From: Nitrosopumilaceae archaeon
GTDB taxonomy: Archaea > Thermoproteota > Nitrososphaeria > Nitrososphaerales > Nitrosopumilaceae
Length of the DNA stretch: 64,000 nucleotides
Reading direction: 5' to 3'
NCBI GenBank assembly: GCA_965207375.1
Contig: OZ242274.1
Span: 160,001-224,000 of the forward strand
Shown here: one piece after another, positions 1 through 10,485 of the stretch
Position numbering within the stretch: position 1 is the first letter of the stretch
How the letters are laid out: each line of letters opens with the position of its first letter
The notes under the pieces: model-generated
What the model was told of the DNA's origin: nothing
The model's input: the letters and a program-made list of their open reading frames with translations, nothing else
The model's database searches: none
Program-made: the position numbers and the translations under genes

Positions 1-200
1 AAAACGGCAATCGAGCCCACATACACTGCAATCTGAAACATTGCAACAAACGGTGAATCAAGCAGTAAAAAGAATCCTGCAATGCCGCCCAATGTTCCCA
101 TCAATGCTATAGAGCCGTAAATGAGCGAACGCAGCTCAAGTGCTGCAATGGCAGAGCCTATTGTCAAAACAGAAAGCGCAAGAAATGCAGCATCAGCCAT
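1..200 (-). CDS. nuoJ: NADH-quinone oxidoreductase subunit J (5' part, runs off window)
   Basis: Manual translation from ATG at 200: MADAAFLALSVLTIGSAIAALELRSLIYG...FQIAVYVGSIAV (NuoJ YVG motif); overlaps the nuoI stop. Confidence 0.9.
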   Translation of the reverse strand, partial: MADAAFLALSVLTIGSAIAALELRSLIYGSIALMGTLGGIAGFFLLLDSPFVAMFQIAVYVGSIAV

Positions 201-690
201 GCGATGCACCCCTATCATCAATTCTAATTTCCACATCTTGGGAAATATTTGGCTTTACCTGTAGTTGGGCAGGTGTGTAAATCAGACCCTCCTTGGTAAA
301 AGAGGACAACTCATAATCATTACTCATATACAATGCATAAAACGGACATGCATCCACACAGAGTCCACAAAACACGCATTTCCCATAATCTATCTGCGGC
401 ATGATTGATTTTTTGTTTTGGCCCCATTGCTCTGGAACCTTTACCATGCCGATTGCCTCAGCGACGCCCTCACATGCAATAGAACATAGCTGGCATCCGG
501 TACAATGATCATGAAACAACATGTGTCTGCCCTTTAGTCCTGCAATACCTACGCCTGTAGTTGGATCAAACTGATACCCGTCACCTACAAACTTTAGTTT
601 TTCTTCAGGATACCTTAGGGTGAATCTTTTTACTGCAAGATGCTTGATTCCAGAGTTTAATGCTTTGATAATTCCGGTTGCCGTTCCCAT
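193..690 (-). CDS. nuoI: NADH-quinone oxidoreductase subunit I
   Basis: Two CxxCxxCxxxC ferredoxin motifs, TLRYPEE; position in nuo operon. Confidence 0.96.
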   Translation of the reverse strand: MGTATGIIKALNSGIKHLAVKRFTLRYPEEKLKFVGDGYQFDPTTGVGIAGLKGRHMLFHDHCTGCQLCSIACEGVAEAIGMVKVPEQWGQNKKSIMPQIDYGKCVFCGLCVDACPFYALYMSNDYELSSFTKEGLIYTPAQLQVKPNISQDVEIRIDDRGASHG

Positions 691-1991
691 TATAACATAC
701 CTCCAGGTCCTATTACTCCAGCGTAAAGCAATCCGAGTGCTATAAACATGTTAACAAAGGCCAATCCGATTAATTTGAACCATCCAAGCTGTAACAGCAT
801 ATCTATTCGGATTCTGGGGAAAACACCCCTTGGAAGCAGAATAAAAAAGATGACTCCCACAGTTTTTAGCACAAACCAAATGGTTCCGTTAATCATTTCC
901 TGCGATACAATTGGAAGGCCTGATATCATGACAGTAACAGGTCCTGCCTCTATTCCATCTGTAATTATTTCCTCTGGGAACGGGGGCCAAATCATCGGTC
1001 CGTTCCATCCTCCCAAAAACAATACCACAAAGAGTGCAGCAAATGCATAAAGTTTTAGATAGGTTCCAAGCTGTACCAGACCATACATCATTCCGGAAAA
1101 TTCCGTCAGCCATCCTGCAACAATTTCACTTTCAGCCTCGGGCAAATCAAATGGAACTCTTTCAAGCTCTGCAAGCATTGTGATAAAAAATACAATTGCA
1201 CCTATTGGCAGGAAAATAATCCATGGAAATGCAGACTGACTCTCAATGATTTCAGTCAGATTTAGGGTTCCGGTAACTATTACGACTCCAAGCAGTGACA
1301 GTATCAGGGGAATTTCAAAAGATACCATCTGATGAAGTGCCCTGATTCCACCGATAAATGGGAATTTACTGTTTGCAGACCATGCAGATAATATGGTAAT
1401 AATTGGAAAGAATCCGATCACGGCAAATACTGCAAGCAGTCCCACATCCAAGTCTGCAACGACCCATCCACCAGGTGCCACCGGAATTAGTGCGGTAAAT
1501 GCGGCTGCTGCACCTACAAACATTAGCGGCGCAGTCCAAAATATTGGCTTGTCAGCCTTTGCAGGTATTATGATTTCTTTTGAGACAAGCTTGAGACCGT
1601 CTCCCATCAATTGCAAAATTCCTTCAATTTTTCCACAATAAAACGGTCCTACTCGCAACTGTAATTTTGCAAGCATCTTTCTTTCAACAAAGATTGTTCC
1701 TGCTGCCAATAGTGCAGCAAATCCAAATCCGGGAAACGCTGCAATTCTGAAAAAATCAGAGGCCAAAAGAGACTTTATCAGCGGAATTGCCCTAGACGGA
1801 TCAGAGAGCATTGTAAAGGCCAGAAATGGACTGACTAGTTCCCCATTGACTACGGGCAAATCCATATAGATTAAGACTATCTGAACTGCCGGAATTCCTA
1901 ACAGCGATCCAATAAGGACTATCCAAAATACGTTATCAAGTATGGATTTTAAAAAATATCCTAAACTAAACTGTGGTGCAAGAATTGACAT
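690..1991 (-). CDS. nuoH: NADH-quinone oxidoreductase subunit H
   Basis: ERKMLAKLQLRVGP and AELERVPFDLPEAESE motifs; polytopic membrane protein. Confidence 0.97.
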   Translation of the reverse strand: MSILAPQFSLGYFLKSILDNVFWIVLIGSLLGIPAVQIVLIYMDLPVVNGELVSPFLAFTMLSDPSRAIPLIKSLLASDFFRIAAFPGFGFAALLAAGTIFVERKMLAKLQLRVGPFYCGKIEGILQLMGDGLKLVSKEIIIPAKADKPIFWTAPLMFVGAAAAFTALIPVAPGGWVVADLDVGLLAVFAVIGFFPIITILSAWSANSKFPFIGGIRALHQMVSFEIPLILSLLGVVIVTGTLNLTEIIESQSAFPWIIFLPIGAIVFFITMLAELERVPFDLPEAESEIVAGWLTEFSGMMYGLVQLGTYLKLYAFAALFVVLFLGGWNGPMIWPPFPEEIITDGIEAGPVTVMISGLPIVSQEMINGTIWFVLKTVGVIFFILLPRGVFPRIRIDMLLQLGWFKLIGLAFVNMFIALGLLYAGVIGPGGML

Positions 1992-3125
1992 TTATCTGTC
2001 AGCCTCCACAGGCCAATAGTTGAGACTCCAATAAACTGCTGGCATGTTGCCTAATTTTTCACCCTTGAGTAAATATGGCATTGCAATCAAATTTCTAAAC
2101 GAGGAGACGCTGAGTTTTACCCTGTACGGCTCTGGTTTTTTATCAGAAACAATGTATGCGCCCAAAGAACCGCGTCCTGATTCTACGCGTTTGTAGACTG
2201 AGCCTATCTCACCCTTTGGATTTGGTTTTAATTTCACTCTGACGGAACCGGATTTTGACATTTTTTGCAATGCGTCTTTGATGATTCGACAACTTTGAAG
2301 CATGTCAAGCCACGGGATTTTGGAGCGCGCATAAGAGTCACCTTTTTGAAGAACCGGAACCTCAAAATCCATCTCGTCATAGGCATCATACGGCTCTTTT
2401 TTTCGAAGATCAAAGTCAACGCCGCTGGCTCTAAGCACCGAACCCGTGGTGCCTAATCTGATGGCATCCTGTCTGGACAAAACACCGGTATTTTCGGTTC
2501 TAGATACAAGTATTGGATTGTCATAGAATATGTCGGCATACTCTCTGATTCGTTTCTCAAAGTAATTGACCTGTCGTATACACACATCTTCAAAGTTTGC
2601 AGGAAGATCATTTCGGACTCCGCCTGGAACAAAGTAGGCATGTGTTACTCTTGCCCCTGTTAGTTTTTCCAAAAGATCAATTAAGAGCTCCCTGTCACCT
2701 GCAGGCCACATAAACATTGTAGAATGTCCCAAGAAAATTCCGTAAATTGCTAGCCAGTACAAAATGTAAACACAACGATTCAGCTCTGATGCAATAATTC
2801 TGACATACTTTGCACGTTCTGGAACCTCCACACCCAAGAGTTCCTCAACTCCCAGACAGTACGGATACAAAACATTGCAGGAATCGTGAATTACCGGACG
2901 TTCTAGATGCGGGATGTTTGTGATGTAATTTCTATATTCTGCCATTTTTTCCTCTCCGCGATGAACATATCCAGGATCAGGGTCACATGCAACAATATAG
3001 TCGCCGTCAATTTGAACAATGATTCTCATGTGGCCAGAACCAGGATGCTGTGGTCCTACATTGAGAGTCATGATTCTCTCATCTACTTTTTGAAGTGCCA
3101 ATCCCGGAGGTAGTTGTGTTGCCAT
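1992..3125 (-). CDS. nuoD: NADH-quinone oxidoreductase subunit D
   Basis: LNVGPQHPGSGH and GYVHRGEEK motifs; likely start MATQ at 3125. Confidence 0.96.
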   Translation of the reverse strand: MATQLPPGLALQKVDERIMTLNVGPQHPGSGHMRIIVQIDGDYIVACDPDPGYVHRGEEKMAEYRNYITNIPHLERPVIHDSCNVLYPYCLGVEELLGVEVPERAKYVRIIASELNRCVYILYWLAIYGIFLGHSTMFMWPAGDRELLIDLLEKLTGARVTHAYFVPGGVRNDLPANFEDVCIRQVNYFEKRIREYADIFYDNPILVSRTENTGVLSRQDAIRLGTTGSVLRASGVDFDLRKKEPYDAYDEMDFEVPVLQKGDSYARSKIPWLDMLQSCRIIKDALQKMSKSGSVRVKLKPNPKGEIGSVYKRVESGRGSLGAYIVSDKKPEPYRVKLSVSSFRNLIAMPYLLKGEKLGNMPAVYWSLNYWPVEADR

Positions 3126-3126
3126 T

Positions 3127-3795
3127 TTATCTTCCCTTGATTGCAAAGTCCTTTCTCATAGGCGGCAAATCCGCCCAATCTTCTGGCAAAAGTAGCCTTC
3201 TATTATCTGGATGACCTTCAAAATAAACACCTAGCATTTCAAAACATTCTCTTTCATGAAATTCTACACTGTAAAAGACCTCCCTAAGACTTGGCACAGT
3301 TGTAGAGTCCTTGCCTGGATTTGGGATTTCCTCTCTAGGAGAACGTGTAGCAAGTTCTAAAACCTGGCTAGACAGTGAATCATCAGAATAAGAGCCCAAA
3401 TGATACACTACCTCAATCTCCTTTTCGGCAGGATAGTCGACGCCGGTTACAGATTCGGCATGATCAAAGTTTAGCTCATCACGAAGGTATGTTGCGACCT
3501 CTTTGACGTCTTGCCGTGCGGCTTTGATGCCTATTCTGTTGGGTTTTACAAATGTAACCTGTGTTTTTTCGCCAAACTTGGCCACAATTTTATCAGAAAT
3601 TCCCTTTTCAAATTCAGAAAGTGATTTTTCTGCTGCGGGTTTTGGCACAGGCTTTGATACGGGTTTATCAGGTGAAGACTCTTTGGCCTTTACAGGCTCT
3701 GTAGGTTTGTCTTTATCTGTAGACTTTGCTACCTTTGACTTGTCTTCCAAAGTCTCTGCAGGTTTGTCTTTTGGATTATCAGCTGAGCTCATCAT
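3127..3795 (-). CDS. nuoC: NADH-quinone oxidoreductase subunit C with low-complexity N-terminal extension
   Basis: ERECFEMLGVYFEGHPDNRRLLLP...PMRKDF. Confidence 0.95.
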   Translation of the reverse strand: MMSSADNPKDKPAETLEDKSKVAKSTDKDKPTEPVKAKESSPDKPVSKPVPKPAAEKSLSEFEKGISDKIVAKFGEKTQVTFVKPNRIGIKAARQDVKEVATYLRDELNFDHAESVTGVDYPAEKEIEVVYHLGSYSDDSLSSQVLELATRSPREEIPNPGKDSTTVPSLREVFYSVEFHERECFEMLGVYFEGHPDNRRLLLPEDWADLPPMRKDFAIKGR

Positions 3796-4319
3796 ACTTC
3801 CTTCCTAGCTTTCATTCTTTTGATTTTTTCTTGTAGCAACATACAACCCTGAATAAGAGTTTCAGGCCTAGGCGGACAGCCTGGTACATATACATCCACA
3901 GGCAAAACACCGTCAATACCTGGCAAGACATTGTAAGAATCAAAATACAATCCGCCAGTTATTGCACATGCACCCATTGCTATCACATATTTTGGTTCGG
4001 GCATTTGATCATAAACTAGTCTGAGGCGTGGGGCCATTTTTCTGGTAATTGTTCCCTGAACCACAATCAAGTCACACTGTCTCAGAGAACCAAATGCCTC
4101 TATGATTCCAAATCTTTCAACATCATATCTTGGACTTGATGCTGCACCAAACTCTACACTACAACATGCAGTTTCAATATGAACCGGCCACAATGACCAG
4201 ATTCTTCCCCAGTTTATGGCATAACCTAGCGGCTTGTCAATGGCCTTTTCCAAAATATCGCCAAGCTTGCCAACAAAAACATTTGCATTTTGAGGCGTTA
4301 TCAGATCCTTGATGGTCAT
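3792..4319 (-). CDS. nuoB: NADH-quinone oxidoreductase subunit B
   Basis: TACCSVE, GACAITGG and YVPGCPPRPE motifs; likely start MTIKD. Confidence 0.96.
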   Translation of the reverse strand: MTIKDLITPQNANVFVGKLGDILEKAIDKPLGYAINWGRIWSLWPVHIETACCSVEFGAASSPRYDVERFGIIEAFGSLRQCDLIVVQGTITRKMAPRLRLVYDQMPEPKYVIAMGACAITGGLYFDSYNVLPGIDGVLPVDVYVPGCPPRPETLIQGCMLLQEKIKRMKARKEV

Positions 4320-4335
4320 ACTATTTCCTCCATGT

Positions 4336-4710
4336 CTACCATATGTTTCGTCTCCGTGATTGGTACAGTGCAAATGCCATGGCTGCAAACATTATTGCCA
4401 AAAATGCAATTATTGGAAGAGTTGCAGCCTTTGGCAGATGAAGAATTGTACTTCCCCAAGCATACAAGAAAATAGCCATTACATCAAATACTACAAACAT
4501 TAGAATATACGCATAATACTGCATCATAAAGTGGGTACGTCCCTCACCCTTGGGAACCTGTCCGCATTCCATTGGCAGAAATTTTACTGGATTGTTGTGT
4601 TTTCGGGGTGCCACCATACGTGAAATCAACAACGCAGGAGCCGTCGCTACAACGGCAAATCCAAACATAAGCAAGACTTGACTGTAATTACCTGCCACTT
4701 CCCCGACCAA
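4336..4710 (-). CDS. nuoA: NADH-quinone oxidoreductase subunit A
   Basis: MECG and FVVFDV motifs, 3 TM helices; first gene of operon. Confidence 0.94.
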   Translation of the reverse strand: MVGEVAGNYSQVLLMFGFAVVATAPALLISRMVAPRKHNNPVKFLPMECGQVPKGEGRTHFMMQYYAYILMFVVFDVMAIFLYAWGSTILHLPKAATLPIIAFLAIMFAAMAFALYQSRRRNIW

Positions 4711-4828
4711 AGTAGCTTTTGCTCCCTAGAATTGTTATATAAAACTATTCAAACTTTTTTAGGATGTCAGATCGCAAAGTCACAAAAAATTTTGTAAGGT
4801 TCTAATATGACAAAAATTGTTGAACTAT

Positions 4829-5299
4829 ATGGTACTAAACACAGGTGATCAAGCTCCAGATTTTGAACTTCCAGACACAGATTTAAAACTGAGAAGGCTA
4901 GAAGAATTCAAAGGCAAAAAGGTGGTGCTGTCATTTATTGTTGCTGCAAGCTCTCCTGTATGCGAGGTTGAATTGTGTACGTTTAGAGATTCATGGGATG
5001 AAATTTCCAAGTTGGGTGCACAAGTTGTTGCAATCAGCAACGATGGGCCCTTTGCAAACAAGGCATTTGCAGAAAAACATAACTTTGAATTTCCATTGTT
5101 GGGCGATTACACAAGCAAAACAATCAGAGACTATGACATTTTAATGCCTGATTTGTTGCACATAAAAAACTACAATGCAGCAAAGCGTTCCGTATTTGTC
5201 ATAATGGAGGATGGAAAAATAGGATACAAGTGGATATCTGAAGATCCATTAAAGGAACCAAACTATGATGAAATTAAAAACTTTTTAAAACAAAACTAG
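4829..5299 (+). CDS. Peroxiredoxin (BCP/AhpE-like)
   Basis: GDQAPDFEL, SPVCEVELC peroxidatic Cys motif, KRSVFVI. Confidence 0.9.
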   Translation: MVLNTGDQAPDFELPDTDLKLRRLEEFKGKKVVLSFIVAASSPVCEVELCTFRDSWDEISKLGAQVVAISNDGPFANKAFAEKHNFEFPLLGDYTSKTIRDYDILMPDLLHIKNYNAAKRSVFVIMEDGKIGYKWISEDPLKEPNYDEIKNFLKQN

Positions 5300-5376
5300 A
5301 CGGCTTGATAAAGTGCACCTAAATTAAATGTAAAATTATCGGTTTATGGTTTTTACGCAAAGTCTGCATGTTGTGA

Positions 5377-5889
5377 TTATTCTATTTCGGCAATAATGTC
5401 GTTTTTTGCAACGCTACTACCCTTTTTGATTTTGACAGATTTTACAGAGCCGTCTTTGTGTGCCTTGACACCTACCTGCATCTTCATAGATTCAAGGGTG
5501 CAAATGACATCTCCCTTCTTGACTGATGTGCCCTCCTCTACATCAATTGAGACTACCTTTCCTGGAATCTGGCTTTTGAGTAAAGTCGATACGCCGCCTG
5601 CACCACCACCTGAATTTTTGTAAACAACTTTGTCCAAACCCGGATGCATGTTGACAGTAATTGGTACTCCGTCTACAACTAGATTCATTTGGGCAGTAGA
5701 GCTTTGAAGATATTTTACTTTGTGAAACTCGTCATTTAAAATAAATTCAACACCTTTTGCATCAACTGTTAAAATTCTTAGACCATATTCATGATCATCT
5801 ATTTTGATAACATATTCAGAGTTGCCCAAGTTTTTGAGAATCTGTCCGTTAAAAATTCCCTCAATGTCTGAAATTTTGTATTCCATCAC
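5377..5889 (-). CDS. accB: Biotin carboxyl carrier protein of acetyl/propionyl-CoA carboxylase
   Basis: ESMKM biotinylation motif. Confidence 0.92.
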   Translation of the reverse strand: MMEYKISDIEGIFNGQILKNLGNSEYVIKIDDHEYGLRILTVDAKGVEFILNDEFHKVKYLQSSTAQMNLVVDGVPITVNMHPGLDKVVYKNSGGGAGGVSTLLKSQIPGKVVSIDVEEGTSVKKGDVICTLESMKMQVGVKAHKDGSVKSVKIKKGSSVAKNDIIAEIE

Positions 5890-5890
5890 T

Positions 5891-7384
5891 TTAACCCAAC
5901 CTATTTTTCCATTGAGAGTCTTCGTGAGGACCTGCAGTTATTTTGCTTTTATAGTATTCATTGTGTATGATTGCAGCTGCTAGAGCAACAGTCTGTTTTT
6001 CTCTTTGATCAGCTTTGATATCCTCAGTCAATCTGTTAATTATGTTGTAGCGTTTCAAAAAGTCAGTCGATAATTTGCCGTTTTTATACTCGTCTGTCTG
6101 CAAAATGGTTTTGTAAAGCGGAATCGAGGTCTCTACACCTTGAATGTGGAAATCCTGCAAGGCAGTCAACATACGCGTGCGACACTCGTCAAATGTAGGC
6201 GCCCAAGTACACAGTTTTGCCATCAACGAATCATAAAACGGAGAAACAGTACAGCCAGGATACAGGTACGTGTCACATCTGACGTTTGGGCCTGAGGGGA
6301 TTGTAACGTCTGGGACAGGTCCCGTGGATGGTGCAAAGTCCAAAAAGGTGTCTTCAGCATTAATTCTGCACTCGATTGCGTACCCGTTCATCCTAAGATC
6401 ACTTTGTTTGAATGGAAGTGGCTCGCCATTTGCAATGTCTAGTTGAAGTTTTACAAAATCCAATCCAGACACCATTTCAGATATTGGATGTTCTACCTGT
6501 AGTCTTGCGTTGATTTCTATGAAATAAAACTCTCCAGAGTCGGCTCGCAGGAATTCGGCAGTTCCCAAATTGGTATAATCAACTGCCTGTGCTGCCTTGA
6601 TGACTAGCTGTCCGATTTCCTCCCGTATAGTCTCATCTACTACCGGAGATGGGGTTTGTTCAATTAGTTTTTGGTTTCGTCTTTGAATTGAGCATTCTCT
6701 CTCAAAGAGGTGTACAGTATTACCGTGATGATCTCGGCACATTTGGTATTCTATGTGTCTTGTCTTTTCTAGGAATTTTTCAACTATAATTGCTGATTTT
6801 CCAACAGCAGATATTGACTCTGATGTTACAGTATCAAAACCCTCGCGTAATTCTTTGTCGTTTGTAACCAGCCTAATTCCTCTGCCTCCGCCACCATAGA
6901 CTGATTTCAAAAGTACCGGATATCCAATTTCGTTTGCAATCTTTTCTGCCTCATCTCCGTCTGCCACCAATCCAGGACTTCCTGGTACGGTTGGAACATT
7001 TGCTTTGAGCATTGCGGCCTTGCATCGCATCTTGTCCCCGCAAAGATTCATAGAGTCCGCAGATGGGCCGATAAAGTTGATCTTGTTTTTTTCACATAAT
7101 CGTGCAAAATCATCATTTTCTGAAAGAAATCCATAGCCTGGATGTACCGCATCTGCACCAGAAGACAGCATGACTTCAAGAATTTTTTCTTGATTCAGAT
7201 ATGATTTTGCGGGGGCTGCCTCGCCGATATGATAAGCTTCAGTTGCCTGCTTTACATGTAGGGAATTAAAGTCTTCATCAGAATAAACTGCCACGGTTTT
7301 GATTCCAAGTGCCTTGCATGTTCTAATTACCCTGAGGGCAATCTCTCCTCTGTTTGCGACAAGTACCTTCTCAATCATGTACAA
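5891..7384 (-). CDS. accC: Biotin carboxylase subunit (3HP/4HB carbon fixation)
   Basis: ANRGEIALR, HPGYGFLSEN and RLQVEHP motifs. Confidence 0.96.
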   Translation of the reverse strand: MYMIEKVLVANRGEIALRVIRTCKALGIKTVAVYSDEDFNSLHVKQATEAYHIGEAAPAKSYLNQEKILEVMLSSGADAVHPGYGFLSENDDFARLCEKNKINFIGPSADSMNLCGDKMRCKAAMLKANVPTVPGSPGLVADGDEAEKIANEIGYPVLLKSVYGGGGRGIRLVTNDKELREGFDTVTSESISAVGKSAIIVEKFLEKTRHIEYQMCRDHHGNTVHLFERECSIQRRNQKLIEQTPSPVVDETIREEIGQLVIKAAQAVDYTNLGTAEFLRADSGEFYFIEINARLQVEHPISEMVSGLDFVKLQLDIANGEPLPFKQSDLRMNGYAIECRINAEDTFLDFAPSTGPVPDVTIPSGPNVRCDTYLYPGCTVSPFYDSLMAKLCTWAPTFDECRTRMLTALQDFHIQGVETSIPLYKTILQTDEYKNGKLSTDFLKRYNIINRLTEDIKADQREKQTVALAAAIIHNEYYKSKITAGPHEDSQWKNRLG

Positions 7385-8938
7385 TCACAGGTTTATGTTT
7401 CCATGCTTTCGCGGAAGTTGTTTGTCACGTTTGTTTTTCAACATGTATAGTGCTTTAATTATCATTGGTCTAGTTTGTGCAGGATCAATTACGTTATCTA
7501 CGGTGCCATGGGATGCTGCAACATATGGATTGTCAAATTTTTCGGCAAATTTGTCTGTTAGCTGCCTCTTTAATGTGTCTGGATCGTCTGCATTTGCAAG
7601 ATCTTTTCTGTTCATTATCTTTACTGCCGCTTCTGCACCAAGTACGGCACAGCGCGCAGTAGGCCACGCATAGTTTACATCGGTTCGAAGGTTTTTGCTG
7701 CCCATTGCAATATAGGCCCCGCCATATGCCTTTCCTACTACGACGGTGATTTTTGGAACAGTTGCCTCACAGTATGCATAAAGAAGCTTGCTGCCGTGCC
7801 TGATAATGCCGTTATGTTCCTGATGCGACCCAGGCATGTAACCAGGAGTGTCTACAAGTGTCACAATTGGAATGTTAAATGCGTCGCAAAACCTGATGAA
7901 TCTTGCTGCCTTGTTTGAAGAGTCAATATCTAAGGCTCCTGCTAGTGCATTGGGCTGGTTTGCAACAATGCCTACCACGTGTCCGTCCATCCTTGCGTAT
8001 CCTATGATGATGTTTTGTGCAAACAACTCGTGTATCTCAAAGAACTCATAGTTATCAACAATAGAGTTTATAATTTCATGCATGTCATATGGATGCAATG
8101 GATTTTCAGGAATAATATCTATTAGTTTGCAATCTAGACGGTTTGGATCATCGTCGGTTTTGACAACGGGGGGCTGTTGCGTATTGTTTTGAGGAATAAA
8201 TGAAAGTAATTTTTTGATATAATCCATACATTGGTATTCGTTTTCGGCAACAAAATGGGCAACTCCACTCTTTGAACCATGAGACATCGCCCCACCTAGT
8301 TCGTCAGCAGTTATCTCCTCTCCTAGTACCGTTTTTACAACATCGGGTCCCGTAACAAACATTGTTGCTGCCTTTTGAACCATGACAATAAAGTCCGTCA
8401 TTGCAGGCGAATAAACAGAACCTCCTGCCGAGGGTCCAATACTTGCAGTAATTTGTGGAATAACTCCAGAGGCTAATTGATTGTGATAAAAAATATCTGC
8501 AAATCCGTCAAGACTCATAATTCCTTCCTGAATTCTTGCACCACCAGAATCCATAATTCCAATGATGGGACAACCGGTTCTAACTGCATGATCCATGAGT
8601 TTTGTGATTTTTTTAGCCCCCATCTGACTTAGTGTGCCGCCCAAAACCGTAAAATCGTATGCAAAAACAAAAACCTGTCTTCCATGAACCGTACCGTAAC
8701 CGCCAACAACTCCATCCCCGTAGAATTTCTTTTCCTGCATGTCGTATTCATGATAATGGTGAGTTGCCAACGGATCAACTTCGGTAAAACTGCCCTCATC
8801 CATCAATAGATCGATTCTCTCTCTAGCGGTGAGTTTTCCCTTTTCATGTTGAGATACGATTCGGTCCTCGCCTCCGCCTTGTAATGCCACGTTTTTCTTT
8901 GTAGAATAGTCATTAATTTTATCTGAATGTATAGCCAC
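7385..8938 (-). CDS. pccB: Acetyl/propionyl-CoA carboxylase carboxyltransferase subunit
   Basis: DSGGARIQEG, KAYGGAY and C-terminal KHGNINL. Confidence 0.95.
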   Translation of the reverse strand: MAIHSDKINDYSTKKNVALQGGGEDRIVSQHEKGKLTARERIDLLMDEGSFTEVDPLATHHYHEYDMQEKKFYGDGVVGGYGTVHGRQVFVFAYDFTVLGGTLSQMGAKKITKLMDHAVRTGCPIIGIMDSGGARIQEGIMSLDGFADIFYHNQLASGVIPQITASIGPSAGGSVYSPAMTDFIVMVQKAATMFVTGPDVVKTVLGEEITADELGGAMSHGSKSGVAHFVAENEYQCMDYIKKLLSFIPQNNTQQPPVVKTDDDPNRLDCKLIDIIPENPLHPYDMHEIINSIVDNYEFFEIHELFAQNIIIGYARMDGHVVGIVANQPNALAGALDIDSSNKAARFIRFCDAFNIPIVTLVDTPGYMPGSHQEHNGIIRHGSKLLYAYCEATVPKITVVVGKAYGGAYIAMGSKNLRTDVNYAWPTARCAVLGAEAAVKIMNRKDLANADDPDTLKRQLTDKFAEKFDNPYVAASHGTVDNVIDPAQTRPMIIKALYMLKNKRDKQLPRKHGNINL

Positions 8939-9010
8939 GCGATCTGAGGCATCTGTTAGCCTATATTAATTTAGTTAGCTTTTGCAAGCCGATGTTCGAA
9001 TTTTAAGAGG

Positions 9011-9322
9011 TTAGGCATTTAGGATGCGGAACCTCTTTTTGGCAGCATTTTGATAGGATATGTAAGAATCTCCGTTATCGCTGCATTTTTTACAAATGCA
9101 CAACTCTGATACCTTTTCAAGATCACATTCTTCTGTAAATTCACACGTACTACAGCCTGCAGGACCGCCGCATACAATGCAGTTCAATTCCCTGACTTGT
9201 GCACATTTTTCATGTTTTACGCCTAGTCCTTTTGCCCATAATCCGATTTCGTTAATCTCGATTTTTTCATTACACACAATACATGTGCCGGGAAATTTCA
9301 TTGGTATTTTACGCCAGCTCAT
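9011..9322 (-). CDS. Cys-rich (zinc-binding) conserved hypothetical protein
   Basis: Several CxxC pairs; overlaps the rfcL stop. Confidence 0.75.
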   Translation of the reverse strand: MSWRKIPMKFPGTCIVCNEKIEINEIGLWAKGLGVKHEKCAQVRELNCIVCGGPAGCSTCEFTEECDLEKVSELCICKKCSDNGDSYISYQNAAKKRFRILNA

Positions 9323-10479
9323 TTGATCAGATCCATTTCCTTGTCTAGCAATTCTGTAAATGCCTCGTCTAATTGTAGATTTAGTCCTTTATTTTTCATG
9401 CAAAACAAAACAAATGGCAAATAAAACACTGCAATGCGGCTTTGTGAGGTGTGGAAAAGTTTTCCAAGTGTACGGCCTAGTGATTTGATTTTTGCACCAT
9501 CCCATCTTATGCGATTAAGTAAAGGCCAAGAAAGATTGTATTGGGTGTATCTAATTGACGTGTCAGCCTTGTATAATTTTAATAAAATCGAATCCAGATA
9601 TCTTAACAGTCTCCAGTTTTGTGTTCGTATGATTTTTCCATATAACATGTCTGATTCAGAAATTACAGATAACATGTTTTGCATATCGGTTGGAGAAATT
9701 GCACTTGTGATCACGCTGGAATAAAACGCGTTGATTTTTTCTCTTGGATCTATTCTTAATGAATAAAGTACGCCTCTTGCCTCCTCTACAGACTTTGCCT
9801 TGAAAAATGCATTGACTCCCTCCTCTACATTTAATGTTTCAAATGATTTTTCCGTTGGTGGATCAAATCCAGTAACTAGTGCCTGTGCAGAATTTATGAT
9901 AGAGCGAATATCTCCTCTTGAATTATTTACAATTTTGATGACAGAACCCGGTCCCAATGTTGCGTCCTCTTTTTTCAAAATATGTTGCAGATAGATTCGT
10001 AATAATCTTGGAGGCAGTGGTTTGAATGCTATTGTTTTTACTGCCTTTTTGATATTTTTCATTTTAGCAGAGTCATCATAGTTGGCTGCCAACACGATTG
10101 GAACCGTGGCTTCTTTGAGAATCTTGATCAGGGCATCTGCTCCTCCATAATCTGAACGTCCGTGAATTCCGTCTACCTCGTCAATGAATATCATAGGTAC
10201 GCCCATCACACTGACATTACCTAAGACAGGGGTCAATATTTCATTAATTCTAGACTTTGTACGTGCATCACTTGCATTAAGGCCGATCATATCATAACCG
10301 AATTGCTTTGCAGCCAAGTTTGCAATCGTTGTTTTTCCAATTCCTGGAGGACCTACCAAAAGAATCGGCTTTGTGCCTTTTTTCCACTTTGCAAACCATT
10401 CTATAATAGTTGCGCGAGCAGCCTCGTTTCCGACCATGTCAATTATGGTTTGAGGCCTATACTTTTCGGACCACATCAT
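9319..10479 (-). CDS. rfcL: Replication factor C large subunit
   Basis: WSEKYRP, GPPGIGKTT, LNASDAR and IDEVDG motifs. Confidence 0.93.
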   Translation of the reverse strand: MMWSEKYRPQTIIDMVGNEAARATIIEWFAKWKKGTKPILLVGPPGIGKTTIANLAAKQFGYDMIGLNASDARTKSRINEILTPVLGNVSVMGVPMIFIDEVDGIHGRSDYGGADALIKILKEATVPIVLAANYDDSAKMKNIKKAVKTIAFKPLPPRLLRIYLQHILKKEDATLGPGSVIKIVNNSRGDIRSIINSAQALVTGFDPPTEKSFETLNVEEGVNAFFKAKSVEEARGVLYSLRIDPREKINAFYSSVITSAISPTDMQNMLSVISESDMLYGKIIRTQNWRLLRYLDSILLKLYKADTSIRYTQYNLSWPLLNRIRWDGAKIKSLGRTLGKLFHTSQSRIAVFYLPFVLFCMKNKGLNLQLDEAFTELLDKEMDLIK

Positions 10480-10485
10480 GGCAAA

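Noticed and set aside
3600-3795. Lys/Pro/Glu-rich N-terminal extension of NuoC, and absence of nuoEFG
   Set aside because: Ordinary for thaumarchaeal complex I
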